DNA of 63,564 nt, filler included, from Octopus bimaculoides (lineage: Eukaryota): NCBI RefSeq assembly GCF_001194135.2. It is 10 parts of 10 records of this genome, joined end to end, with 100 filler letters (N's around TTAATTAATTAA, not from the genome) between each part and the next. Parts side by side here need not be neighbours in the genome. Positions count along the whole stretch, not along the records: positions 10,693 to 26,534 come from NC_068984.1; positions 26,635 to 30,708 come from NC_069000.1; 8 more parts are not named here. One strand, 5' to 3'. Below are positions 13,265 to 26,639 of the stretch, piece by piece. The notes under the pieces were generated by a model. The model was not told the origin of the DNA. It worked only from the letters and a program-made list of their open reading frames with translations, and ran no database searches. Made by a program: the position numbers and the translations under genes. The number at the start of each line of letters is the position of its first letter. Positions within the stretch are counted from its first letter, which is position 1.

Positions 13265-13740
13265 ATTATGGACGACTTCTCTTTGTTATTTGGACTGGAT
13301 ATTACGCTGTAATTCCATTTGCTAAATAAAATCTTGGTATATAATTTCGATTTACATTATTTGTATGTCAAACTGCACCAACAAACATTACGTTGGAAAT
13401 TGCTGCAGATTGAGAAAGCGATAAAATGTCTCTAGGATATTTGAACTTAACCAGTGAATAAGGTTTTTGCAAAACACCAATTCATAAGATGCAAGCAACA
13501 ACCAACAGAATCACTGAATCAATTTCTTCAAGCCTTAAAATCTCTAAGCAAAAAATGCAACTTTACAGCAGTATTATAAGAACAGTCTACGAAGAACAAT
13601 AACCAATAAGAGATAGTTCTATTTTAGGAATAATGGTGACAGACATAAAGCTATGCTTTCTCGGAAATAATGCAGCATACTTGGAAATAGCAGTACTACA
13701 AGTCAAAGCAGACTTAGCTAAAAAAAATGCAGCTGCTTAA
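13265..13740 (+). mobile_element. Gypsy/Ty3 LTR retrotransposon gag relic
   Basis: Frame from 13451 reads PVNKVFAKHQFIRCKQQPTESLNQFLQALKSLSKKCNFTAV, matching the Gypsy gag pattern ARH..R.Q..ES..YL..L..L...C.F. Stops and frameshifts surround it. Confidence 0.65.
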
Positions 13741-14065
13741 AACCCGATATCATCATGAACATTATTACTATTCCAAAGTATGTTTGACAAGAAACTATTG
13801 CTTCTCAGAAGTGATATCATTTGAGGTGGAGGTATAAATAGATAATCGTAGAGAAGATGATGTACATCAAAAGATATCATATATCTGAGGCGTACATCTG
13901 AGTGTACTAATCCAGCAGTAGGCCAATCTCCAATGAATTAATTTTCTCAAATTTATTAAGTCCTTCAACTTAAGTGGAATTCACCTTACCTCGTGCATTC
14001 ATTACTCTTTCCATTAACAATCACTCAATGAAACTTAAAGTGACAGTGAAAGCTCTGAAATTTTT

Positions 14066-14450
14066 GGTTGGTTGGCACTCCGTCGGTTGCGACGACGAGA
14101 GTTCCATTTGATCCGATCAACGGAACATCCTGCTCGTGAAATTAACGTGCAAGTGGCGGAGCACTCCACAGACACGTGTACCCTTAACGTATTTCTCGGG
14201 GAGATTCAGCGTGACACAGAGTGTGACAAAGCTGGCCCTTTGAAATACAGGTACAACAGAAACAGGACGAAAGAGTGAGAGAAAGTTGTGGTGAAAGTAC
14301 AGTAGGGTTCGCCACCATCCCCTGCCGGAGCCTCGTGGAACTTTAGGTGTTTTTGCTCAATAAACACTCACAACGCCCGGTCTGGGAATCGAAACCGCGA
14401 TCCTTCGACCGCGAGTCCGCTGCCCTAACCACTGGGCCATTGCACTTCCA
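14066..14450 (-). mobile_element. tRNA-derived SINE family C, full length, 13-bp TSD
   Basis: Head TGGCCCAGTGGTTAGG...GTTTCGATTCCC and tail ...ACCGACGGAGTGCCAAC. TSD CTCTGAAATTTTT at 14053-14065 and 14451-14463. Confidence 0.9.
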
Positions 14451-14883
14451 CTCTGAAATTTTTAGTTGAGTTGATATTGCTAAGTCGACTGATTAACCCA
14501 TTCATAGGCAACATTGTAATGACATCAACACAGCTTTGTTTCCGAATTACAGGAATATGTGAAGTTGATACAGAGAAACTAATTGCCATACACAGTCTCT
14601 GATCAAATGTAATACGCGTCCACAATTTCGTGTCACAATATTCTTTAGTGGCATGTAAAATGAATGGCCAGAAGCCCCTTGATTGTTGAGAAATTTTGAT
14701 ACGTAGCAATTTTGTAACAACCTTCACTAAATTTTAAACTAAATTTTGCTACGTCTACGCAAAAGTATTCAATGCACGATTGCACCACGTACTTCAGAAA
14801 AAGACCTAAACTATCTAGTCAAAGAATGTATCAGAAACCATCACGAACGAAATATGAAATAAAATTGACTCCTGACAAGGCAA

Positions 14884-14938
<55 letters not shown>

Positions 14939-15735
14939 AATAAACGAATAACTTGCAATGTTAAAGAATTCAAATGGAACTACTTTGATTCTCCCTCATT
15001 AATGCAACACAGTTGTTGTGAATATGTGACTGAGCAACCTGTTGCTCAGACCTATGCGAAGGAGAACGCGGACAGACACGTTACTGAATGTGGTTAGAAT
15101 TACACAACATTTTATAGCTGTACAACTGAGAAGCGGCCAACTACATAACTGCGACTATAGTTACAACTGCATCTGCAACAGTTATGTTCTCAGGAAAGAA
15201 AATAAATTGGGACTTTTCCAAACTAATATTTCAACCTGTTTACTTCTCTTTCAATACAACAAGGGAACATTGAACAAAAATGACTTCCTCCATGTGAAAT
15301 GTTCCCATCATATACCTTTCCTAGCTCTCTCTTTCCAAAATGTTTCCTTCGTAAATAAATCCTTAAATACTTCGAACTGAAGAGATTTGATAAAGTCAAT
15401 ATGATAATTTCTGTTTTTTGGTTAACCAAAAAACCTCTAACTGAATCCTATATACATACATACATACATACATACATTATTATATTATATANNNNNNNNN
15501 NNNNNNNNNNNNNNNNNNNNNNNNNNNNNNNNNNNNNNNNNNNNNNNNNNNNNNNNNNNNNNNNNNNNNNNNNNNNNNNNNNNNNNNNNNNNNNNNNNNN
15601 NNNNNNNNNNNNNNNNNNNNNNNNNNNNNNNNNNNNNNNNNNNNNNNNNNNNNNNNNNNNNNNNNNNNNNNNNNNNNNNNNNNNNNNNNNNNNNNNNNNN
15701 NNNNNTATACACATATACACACACACACACACATA

Positions 15736-16636
15736 CACGAGGGTGATCCCAAAAGTAAGGTCTCCAAAAATATTTAGAAATCACAGAAACGTTTATTGTC
15801 AATGATGTTTACATCATTTTAAAGTTTGAACATTTATCTATTTTTCTACATAATCGCCATTCCGGTCGATGCATTTTTATAGGCGTTGGGGAAGTTTTTG
15901 TATGCCCATGTCATACTAGTTCACCGCTATGTCGTTGAGGAAGCGTTGAACCCCATCTTTCACCTCGTCGTCGTTGCTAAAGCGCGTTCCGGCCAAATGT
16001 TCTTTCAACTTAGGGAACAGGTGGTAATCACTCGGTGCCAAGTCTGGATTATAAGGCGGGTTGCCGTTTATGGTCTTCTGTGAGCATTCGTGAGACCTAT
16101 CTTGCGCATACCTTCCGATATTGCAATTTTTCACTCAAAACCCTATGAATGGTGCTTAGGGAAACCTCAGGAACCAAAATACGGAGATTATCCAGTGATT
16201 CGCCGGTTTTCACGCAGGATTTGCTTAACCTTTGTGACTGTCTCGTCAGAAATTGATAGTCACCCGCTGCTTTCTCCGTCATGAATTTCAGTACAGCCAG
16301 CTGAAAACTCCCTACACCACTTGCGGACGTTTTTGACATCCATGCATGACTCGCCATACACTTCCCTTAATCGGCGATGAATTTCAATCGGTCTAATGCC
16401 TTTTGGGTTCAAAAACCGAATAACTGCACGAACTTCACACTTGGCAGTAGCATCAATCGGAAGCTCCATCAGATAGGACTGCCAAGCCAAGACTGAGAGT
16501 AGTAGCAAAGCGCGCGCAGGAGCAGGCGCAGGCGCAGGCGCATGCACAACAAAAACAACAGTGTTGCCAACAGCCGTACGCAGTTTCCCCTCGTCCCCAG
16601 CGCTTAGGAGATCTTACTTTTGGTATTATCCTCGTG
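15736..16636 (-). mobile_element. Mariner transposon, internally deleted copy
   Basis: TA-flanked TIRs CACGAGG(G/A)T(G/A)AT..CAAAAGTAAG.TCTCC. HTH peptide EVRAVIRFL..IEIHRRLREVYGE and PPYNPDLAPSDYHLF motif. About 900 bp. Confidence 0.9.
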
Positions 16637-17894
16637 TATATATATATATATATATATGGAACAAAAACGCAACAGAGGACAATAAAACAAACGGACATAT
16701 AGACGATACAAACGCGGACAAGAAAAACAACAATTAGAGGGTCAAGGAAGGAAAAGAGGACGAGTCATTTGTAGCCTTCTTTCGTCAGTCAACTTACCAG
16801 ATGTCCTTACAGGTTCGGACAGTTACATTTGAGATTGTTCGATCTGGTTGCCTCCAAAAAGGTCTAAGCTAAAAGCATTAGATTTTTTGTAAGAAAGCTA
16901 GCGAATGTGTGCGACAACAAAGACAAAAACCTGAGAGCACAATTATACATACATATATATATATGTATATATATATATATAAATTTATTTATGAGGGTAG
17001 AAATTGATATTAATCAATTTGAACCAGTGGTCTAGCATATTAAAAAAATCCGAAATTAAAATTATATTACATACAAAAATAAGAGGGATGACCAGCAAAA
17101 GTGGACTCCTATATGCTAGAAATAGATGCCGAATCATCTAACCACGAAAAAAATATATGTTCTCAGTAAAAATTCAGCGACACAACAGACTGTAAAAGGG
17201 CAAGACAAATGAAAAAATACTAAATAAAAACGATTAACCTACGTACCATAGTTTCACCTGTTAAAATTTNNNNNNNNNNNNNNNNNNNNNNNNNNNNNNN
17301 NNNNNNNNNNNNNNNNNNNNNNNNNNNNNNNNNNNNNNNNNNNNNNNNNNNNNNNNNNNNNNNNNNNNNNNNNNNNNNNNNNNNNNNNNNNNNNNNNNNN
17401 NNNNNNNNNNNNNNNNNNNNNNNNNNNNNNNNNNNNNNNNNNNNNNNNNNNNNNNNNNNNNNNNNNNNNNNNNNNNNNNNNNNNNNNNNNNNNNNNNNNN
17501 NNNNNNNNNNNNNNNNNNNNNNNNNNNNNNNNNNNNNNNNNNNNNNNNNNNNNNNNNNNNNNNNNNNNNNNNNNNNNNNNNNNNNNNNNNNNNNNNNNNN
17601 NNNNNNNNNNNNNNNNNNNNNNNNNNNNNNNNNNNNNNNNNNNNNNNNNNNNNNNNNNNNNNNNNNNNNNNNNNNNNNNNNNNNNNNNNNNNNNNNNNNN
17701 NNNNNNNNNNNNNNNNNNNNNNNNNNNNNNNNNNNNNNNNNNNNNNNNNNNNNNNNNNNNNNNNNNNNNNNNNNNNNNNNNNNNNNNNNNNNNNNNNNNN
17801 NNNNNNNNNNNNNNNNNNNNNNNNNNNNNNNNNNNNNNNNNNNNNNNNNNNNNATATATAGGCTTAATAATATTCGTACCATGCATACTGATGA

Positions 17895-18075
17895 CATGAT
17901 ATATCTCTTACTAATTAAGGATCAATGAATGAAGAATTTATTTGTAAAAAAGCTAAGTCTCTTTACGAGCAGCATGAGAAGGATTCTCCGAGTACCACCG
18001 CTGATAGAAATGCCAAGCCACTACAACTTAAAGCTGTCAGTCAAGAGTTGGCTCGAATTTTTTTGAAGAAACCTT
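17895..18075 (+). mobile_element. Tigger/pogo transposase fragment (CENP-B-type HTH)
   Basis: ICKKAKSLYEQ...KAVSQELARIF resembles the Tigger I.EKAKSLY...ASKGW..F segment. Confidence 0.55.
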
Positions 18076-18559
18076 GCATAATGATTCTTTTCTTCTTTTT
18101 CTTGAGCGGTGACGTGGGGAGGCGCATGTAGGGGTAAAATATTCCTAGAGTAACTCTGCCTGGAAAAATATTTCTGTGTGTAGTTACAGTTGCTGTTTAT
18201 ACAACAAATTAGTTTCACAAGCTCGTTTTCGTATTACTTCCCGACTGCAGGTTAGGATTTCTGGCTGTTATTTCGTATTCTGCTCTTCATCGGGATGAAT
18301 TAGAATAGAATAGATATTCTTGCCGCCAGTTTTCGTGGATAATCATAGAATATCTAACTTTATATCAATCCCTAATGACCTGCCCATATACCTCTATACA
18401 TAAATGGATGTTATTCTTTCCTGCTTTTCTTATTTCCATTTTCATATATCCACACTGATTTCGTCACTGAATCTCCTTCGCTTACAGACTTTTATTATAT
18501 GATTTCTGACATTGATACAATGCTACATTTTGAGGTGAGGATGAGATGAGAAAGTTTAG

Positions 18560-18915
18560 TTCAGTTGAGTTCCTCCTGTGCTCTTGAGCATATTGGGTAA
18601 CAAGACGAAGCTACTGGTTTCTGTTGGCTGCAGTTTTCTCTGCATCCGATTATGTAATATTGACCTCTTTCATATCGGTTATGAATGTTCAATTTCGTGT
18701 AGCTTTCCGTCTTCCTTTCTTTCTCTTTCCTTCCAGTGGTGTCCATTTGAAAGCTGCTTTAGAATGGCATTGTTCTGCTGGCCGAAGTACGTGACCTGCT
18801 AGTTTGAATTTTTGTTCTGTGATGGTTTCGCTAAGAGGTCTTGTGTTGTCTCTCTTTAGAATGCCTTCATTCGTTATGTAAGATGGGAAAATGCAGTCAA
18901 CTGAATTGATCACAG
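18560..18915 (-). mobile_element. RTE-clade LINE 3' fragment
   Basis: LAGHVLRPAEQCHSKAAFKWTPLEGKRKKGRRKAT matches the RTE C-terminal W.GHV.R...W.P.GKR.RGRP pattern. Confidence 0.75.
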
Positions 18916-18929
18916 TGCTTAGCTATCGC

Positions 18930-19415
18930 TCTATCTTATAGAATCCGGAAGGATGAAAGACAAAGTCGATCAGGTCGCTATATGAACTCAGAACCTAAAT
19001 AGACGTAACTAAATACTTTGAGTGACAGAATTGATGGAGTGTCGGATAAAATGCTTTGTAGTATTTTTTTCGACTCTTTACGTTCTGAGTTCAAATACCG
19101 CTGAGATCAACTATGCCTTTAATATCTTCGTTGTCGACAAAATGAAGCACCAATCATAGTTATAAGAAAACAACTTGCTTTTATTGTTTCCAGTTATATT
19201 CTTTTCTACTCTAGGCACAAGGACCGAAATTTTTGGGGAGGGGACCAGTCGATTAAATCGACCTCAGTACGCAACTGGTACTAAATTTATCGACCCCGAA
19301 AGGATGAAAGACAAAGTCGATCTCGGCGGAATTTGAACTTAGAACGTAAAGACAGATGAAATATCGCTAAGCATTTCGCCCGGTGTGCTAACGTTTCTGA
19401 CAACTCGCCGCCTCT
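18930..19415. mobile_element. Cluster of three SINE family B copies in mixed orientation
   Basis: Minus fragment at about 18930-19000, plus fragment at about 19020-19160, full minus copy at about 19205-19415. Confidence 0.7.
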
Positions 19416-19787
19416 CCAGTTATATTGCGTTTAATAATTAATTATTTTTTTATTTTTTAAAATACGTTATATTTAATATGGCCGTAGAGTTGGCCTGGTA
19501 CTTGGCCCGCAAGAATAATGAATTTTTTAATCTACTAATGCACATTCAGTACTTATTATGTCGTAATGTATTGTCAGGCATACAATATAGGGGTCAAAGG
19601 ATCACTATAGTTGGGCCGTGCTTAAGGCACCAGTTGGTTTTATTCTGGCCCAGCCAAGAAGCCTGAGAATCTCCTTTTTTCTTTTTTATATATATTTTTA
19701 CGTTTTTCCTTCAGTTAACAGAAATAGTGAATGAAGTTAAATATTCGTTCTCAGAAAGTTAAATATACTTCCAAATTATTGTGAGAC

Positions 19788-19822
<35 letters not shown>

Positions 19823-21124
19823 CAGTTACTAGACGGTTGGTATAAATGTCATGCTGTCTATTTAATCGCTAATCGACTACGATCAATTTTTGATCTGTTT
19901 TTCTTTCTGTCTTCTCCAATAAACTTTGGAATTTTTCTTTTAGGAAATTATTAGATATAAAACATTTTCCTATAGATTTTCATTGAGATACGTGGACGTT
20001 TCGATTGGACAAGGTCGGTATACATTAGTGGTAATGGATGGAGAGAACTATATGCTCCCTTAGACTACACGTTCTTAATTCTACAGTTATTGCAGGTGTG
20101 ATCTTCGCGTTGTGGATAATTTCTACATTATTCGTTCAGCAAAACAAACAAACAAAACGAATAAAGAAATCTTTTTGCCGATGAGCTCAACAGATATTCT
20201 GCTTGTATGCGATCATGTATTATTTCTGAGAGAATTTGCGCTCTGCCCATTTGAAGCTGGGAACGCTGAAATCACCTAATAAGATTACGTCTGTATTTTA
20301 ATCTATATTGGTTGATATTGCTTCTATCTTGCCGTTGGATGATAAGTTGTGAGTATACTTCAAATGAAGTTCTTTATAGCTAATAGTGCATCAGAGAGTT
20401 TCAACGTGACAGAAATAATGATGGTGTTATATTTTCGTGGACCTACATCGTAGCTCTTCTTGTAAATGAAAACAAAATAATTTGATAAAATTTTCTCTAC
20501 ATCTGTAAAACAGTTTGGACCAGCAGAGTTCTTCAACACTCCAAAGACATGTAAATGAAATTGACGTAGTTAACTGCATAGGATATATGAATCTAAGCCC
20601 AACACTAAGCCTTGGGTCTTTGGGGGGGGGGGTGTTCTTGGGAACATAATAGGAGAAAACCCACACCGTAAAAGATTCCAAACATCAAAATGAGATTTTT
20701 CACCCAATTCCCGTAGCTTTAGATATCCATTTCTAGTTACAAAATTATAAATCATATCATGTAATGGGATCGTTCAGTGCCATCTCGTACTAAATCACAC
20801 AATCTATTAATCCACTTCAGTTTTTTGCTTTTTTTGCTTTTTTTAAATTTTTTTTTTTTCTTGTTTGAATGACGACATTTCGCTAAAAATCTTTGAAAGA
20901 ATTAGAACAATTTGCCTCTTAATTGGAGAAAGAAAACAAAAAACATAAACAATAATTTTTAGTGACCCTTTAAAAGACGGCAACTCACATCTTTGTAGAC
21001 AAGGTAAAGTGAAATCTGTGCACATTTCGATCTTATTAGATTTCATAAAAAAAAGCATAACTTTCTCAAACCTGCTTTAATTAGAAAGTAGGTTAAGACA
21101 GAAAAAGAATTCTCTTTTATCTTT

Positions 21125-21310
21125 CATCTTCTACTTGTTTCACTCATCAGAGCGACCATGCTGGGGCACTGCCTCAAAGGATTTTAGTCGAGCAAATCAA
21201 CCCTAGTACTTATTTTTATAAATCCAGTACTTATTCCACTGAGATATTTTTTGCCGAGCCGTTCAGTAAATAAAGTAAAAACGGTTGTCAAGCGGTGGTG
21301 TGGAATAAAC
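21125..21310 (-). mobile_element. SINE family A 3' half
   Basis: TACTTGTTTC...CCATGCTGGGGCACTGCC...GGTTGTCAAGCGG. Confidence 0.7.
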
Positions 21311-21879
21311 ATAAGCATATATCAAACATATACTAAAAGAAGCAACTTTAGTAGACCAATGATGTAAATTTAGATAATACAAGAATTTGTTGTTATCCTG
21401 AACTGAAATATGAGGGTAGACTGAAAAGGGTAGACTATGAAGGAGCTGGGAAATCTTGCATGCATCAATTTCAACTCTTCAATAATTGCATTGTTTCTTT
21501 CCAGGCAAACTGACATTTGATGTTCGAAGATGACTTCAGAAGTAACTAGTAGCAACTTCTCTTCAAAATGGACAAACTTTGACATCGTCGTGTTTTCAAG
21601 TACTTACAGTAAAAGGGTTTTGACCCCAATGACATTCATGCTGACGTAATTGATTCAATAGGGGATGACACTCCACCTTAATCAACAGTGCAAAAGTGAG
21701 CAGCTAAATTTAGGAGGGGAAGGGAGAGTCTTGAAGATGACCAGAGGTCTGGATGTCCTACACCTGCCACCACCAAGGAAAATATTGATCATGTTCACTA
21801 TATGTTGACGGATGATAGGCGATTAACTATAAACCAAATAGCCAATGCAATTAACATATCCCGTGAAAGGGTTGAGAAT

Positions 21880-22834
<955 letters not shown>

Positions 22835-23655
22835 GATTTGAGAATATTCTGCACAACGAACTTGTTTCTGCTCAGTGGGTGCCATGTCTTCTGACACCTG
22901 ATCAAAAACGCATCAGGCTGATCATATCACGGGAAAGTCTAACATTGTTGCAGGTAGATCTAGCTAGTTTCCTTGAACGTTTTCTCAGCCAAGATGTGTA
23001 TTGGCTTCATCACTATGAGTCAAAGACAAAGAGACAACTAATGCAATGAAAACACCCCTCCTCACCTACTCCAAAGAAGGTCAAGGTCGTTTCATCTGCA
23101 GGGAAGGTGATGACCTCAGTTTTGGGGGATACAAAAAGCATTGTGTTTATTGACTACCTTCAAAAGGACCACACCATGCCATTTACGGAAGCATTTGCGA
23201 AAGCTGAAGCAGTTACGAAAGGCTATCATGACCAAACGGCCAGGAAAACAAACGAAAAGGGTCTTGTTTCATCAGCCCTTGCTTTCAATGGCTGCTGTAC
23301 GTGACTGTGGCTTTGAACTGGTTGATCACCCTCCCTAGTCTCCTGATTTAGCTCTATCTGACTATCATCTGTTCTCCAACATCAGAAAAAAAATCCCACT
23401 TGGCTGAGAACCAATATCGCAGTGATAATGACGTCATATCTGCTGTTGGTGACTTTTTTGACCAACAGGATTAAATTTCTTCACGAATGGGATCCAAGCA
23501 CTGCAACATCGCTGGAAGAAATGTGTGGACCACAAGGGTGACTATGTTGCAAAACAAACCTCATTTGGTCAAATTCCACCAGAATATCTTGGTCAGCCTA
23601 TGAACTTTTCACCTGACCCCCGTATGCCTCTTAGCTTAAATTTTCTATCAGATCT

Positions 23656-24068
23656 TTACTCTTTTACTCTTTTACTTGTTTCAGTCATATGAGTGCGGCC
23701 ATGCTGGAGCACCGCCCTTAGTCAAGCAAATCGACCCCGGGACTTATTCTTTGTAAGCCTAGTACTTATTATATTGGCCTCTTTTGCCGAACAGCTAAGT
23801 TACGGGGGCGTAAACACACCAGCATCGGTTGTCAAGCGATGTTGGGGGAACAAACACAGAAACACAAACACACACATACATATATATATACATATATATA
23901 TACGACGGGCTTCTTTCAGTTTCCACCTACCAAATCCACTCACAAAGCTTTGGTCGGCTCGAGGCTATAGTAGAAGACACTTGCCCAAGGTGCCACGCAG
24001 TGAGACTGAAACCAGAACCATGTGGTTGGTAAGCAAGCTACTTACCACACAGCCACTCTTGCGCCTAC
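23656..24068 (-). mobile_element. SINE family A full length
   Basis: Head GTAGGCGCAAGAGTGGCTGTGTGG through the tail repeats (GAGTAAAA)n. Confidence 0.9.
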
Positions 24069-24076
24069 AAATGAAG

Positions 24077-24497
24077 AATGCTTACAGCACCTAGGTTTCC
24101 CAAGCGGTCACCTATCTAAGTACTAACCAGGCTCGATGTTGCTTAACCCATTACCTATCAGTGATCTCATATGAGATCACTTAAAAATTACAAATTTCGT
24201 AATTATCTGTCAATATTTACACATATCTCACCTTTTTGCTATATCTACTAGGTATATTTCTCTGATATTCAAATGAGGTTTGCTCATTTTTCACCCAATA
24301 TCTCGTTTATTTCTATTTAAAATGTTATTTTGAAATGTTATTTCGATCAGTCCAGCGTGTTTCTAAGGCTGTTTTATGCTAGAAATCAAAGTTTCATAAA
24401 AAAAAAAAAATTCCAGTTAATAGAATTATGGGAGGTAATGGATTAACTTCGGTGATCGGACGAGAACCGGTGCTTTCAACGTGATATGGCTATAATC
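24077..24497 (-). pseudogene. 5S rRNA: Full-length 5S rRNA copy split by a 296-bp insertion
   Basis: Minus 24497-24447 is GATTATAGCCATATCACGTTGAAAGCACCGGTTCTCGTCCGATCACCGAAG (nt 1-51), then TTAA. Minus 24142-24077 is GCAACATCGAGCCTGGTTAGTACTTAGATAGGTGACCGCTTGGGAAACCTAGGTGCTGTAAGCATT. The joined length is about 120 nt and matches the invertebrate 5S consensus. Confidence 0.92.
24147..24442. mobile_element. piggyBac-type MITE
   Basis: TTAA duplicated at 24143-24146 and 24443-24446. TIR CCCATTACCT / AGGTAATGGA (9/10 match). Perfect palindrome GTGATCTCATATGAGATCAC at 24161-24180. AT-rich interior with no ORF in the track. Confidence 0.85.
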
Positions 24498-24989
24498 TTT
24501 ATTAGCAGATAAGGTAAAACCTACAGGTATGTTGCTCTTTACGAGATTGCTGCTTATTTAGTTTGTTAATTTAATGGATTGTTGCTATGTAAGACTTTTT
24601 GTGTTTGTTTGTTTTTGTTTTGTCTTTGGTTCTTTTCATGTGATGCGGTGTGGTTTCATGGATTGCTGGTTTGCAAATTTATCGTGATTCTTGGATTCTA
24701 AATATCTTTGCTTTATCAGGAAAGGATAAATGCTTGATTACATTTACTGTTATCTAAAAGGACATGTATGTGTGTTTGTATGTATGATGCATGTACGTAC
24801 GTATGTAAGTATGCGTGTACATATGTATACATGCATGTATGTATGTATGCGTATGTACATATGTGTGTGTTTGTGTGTGTGTATGTAAATATATGTGTGT
24901 GTGTGTGTCTTTATGTGTGCGTTCTTCGTTAGCTGGAGCAAAACAAGGTAGATTACTTTCCTGGTAGAACTCAATACATGAAGGAAATC

Positions 24990-25230
24990 TTTTACTTGTT
25001 TCAGGCCACACCTTCAGGGGCACCACACCTTCAGGGGCACCACACCTTCAGGGGTTTAATCGAACAATTTATATACTTTATTATTATTTGTTTTATTTAT
25101 TTATTATTTTTTTTGTAAACCTGGTATTTTGTCATCTGTTTTTGCCGAACTGTTAAATTCCGGAGACATGAACAAACCAACACCAGTTGTCAGGCGATAG
25201 AGAGAGACAAACTCACAAAAAGACACACGC
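24990..25230 (-). mobile_element. SINE family A 3' half containing a 17-bp unit x3 (CCACACCTTCAGGGGCA, 25006-25054)
   Basis: Direct reading. Confidence 0.65.
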
Positions 25231-25348
25231 ACACTTATGTATATTCCCTTTCGAAATTATCCCTAATTTTCGTTTGGAGATTTGACTGCTCCTTCTAGCA
25301 GGCTAAATGTCCTATTATGAACATCTCTCTGATGTGTTTAAATGTACG

Positions 25349-25383
<35 letters not shown>

Positions 25384-25751
25384 GTTTAGATTTAGATTCA
25401 AAATTGAATATGGTACTTATGTTTAGGCACCAGAATATAGTATGGTATGGTATTATACAAAAACCATTCCAAAAACGAGGTGATCAAAAAATCAAAATAA
25501 GCAACACGGATTTTAAAGATGATTGCAGTACGCACGTTTCATGCTACTCCATTTATTTAAGTAATGCGAGCATTACATTAAACGCAATATGTAGAGCAAT
25601 CTTCAGCTGCACGAAAATGCAGAAAATTACAGTAGAATAGACATATTATAATTGTGGCAACATTTCAAATCCAAGTGAGAAGAAGAATACATAAAAATCC
25701 ATCTTGACATAGCCAAGGCTATCAGGCTATCAGGTTTATATATATATATAT

Positions 25752-25912
25752 ATACGACGGGCTTCTTTCAGTTTCTATCTACCAAACCCATTCACATGGC
25801 TTTGGTCAACCCGAGGCTATAAAAAAAAATTTGCCCAAGGTGCCACGCAGTGGGACTGAACCTGGAACCATGTGGTTAAGAAGCAAACTTCTTGCGATGC
25901 AGTGACGTCTGC
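25752..25912 (-). mobile_element. SINE family A 5' half
   Basis: Homologous to 3911-4067. Confidence 0.8.
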
Positions 25913-25938
25913 GCCTATGTTAAGTGTGTGTTTCTGTT

Positions 25939-25981
<43 letters not shown>

Positions 25982-26495
25982 GTGTGTCCTTGAATGTATA
26001 TAAGAGACCACATTTCGGCTGTTTCGACGGAGAGATTTTGTAATACATTTATTCAATTCCTTATTTTACGTATTCAGAATGGTATAGAATACGAAGAATG
26101 CAGAACTCCACGAAGCCACGTGAAATAAGTACACTACGGAAAGCAACTGGAAGTATATAGATCTTATACTAAAATATTAGGAATATTTATCTGACATTTA
26201 GTGAGAGCTTAAGAGGAGACATCAGAAAGAAAAGAACAAAGCTAGTAACAATAGATATTTATCGCTCAGTCATAAAGTTTAAATGTCAGGATAATTTTGT
26301 TTTTTTAATATTTTTCTATAAGATCTACATACATATATACTTTCAGTTGCATTCACTTTTGTATAGGATCTGAATACGTAGAGATCCGCAATGTTATTGT
26401 TGTATATCATTCAGAATATGTAAATGAGGCTTTGAAAATGTACTATATTTGACAATGCTCTTCGTTCGTGACACAGCTTTGTAGTGGAGTCTATA

Positions 26496-26534
<39 letters not shown>

Positions 26535-26639
26535 NNNNNNNNNNNNNNNNNNNNNNNNNNNNNNNNNNNNNNNNNNNNTTAATTAATTAANNNNNNNNNN
26601 NNNNNNNNNNNNNNNNNNNNNNNNNNNNNNNNNNTTATT

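Noticed and set aside
14425-14727. 100-aa minus ORF that continues across the SINE TSD towards a GAG|GTAAGG donor near 13990
   Set aside because: It is SINE-interrupted, contains a stop after rejoining, and has no recognisable domain.
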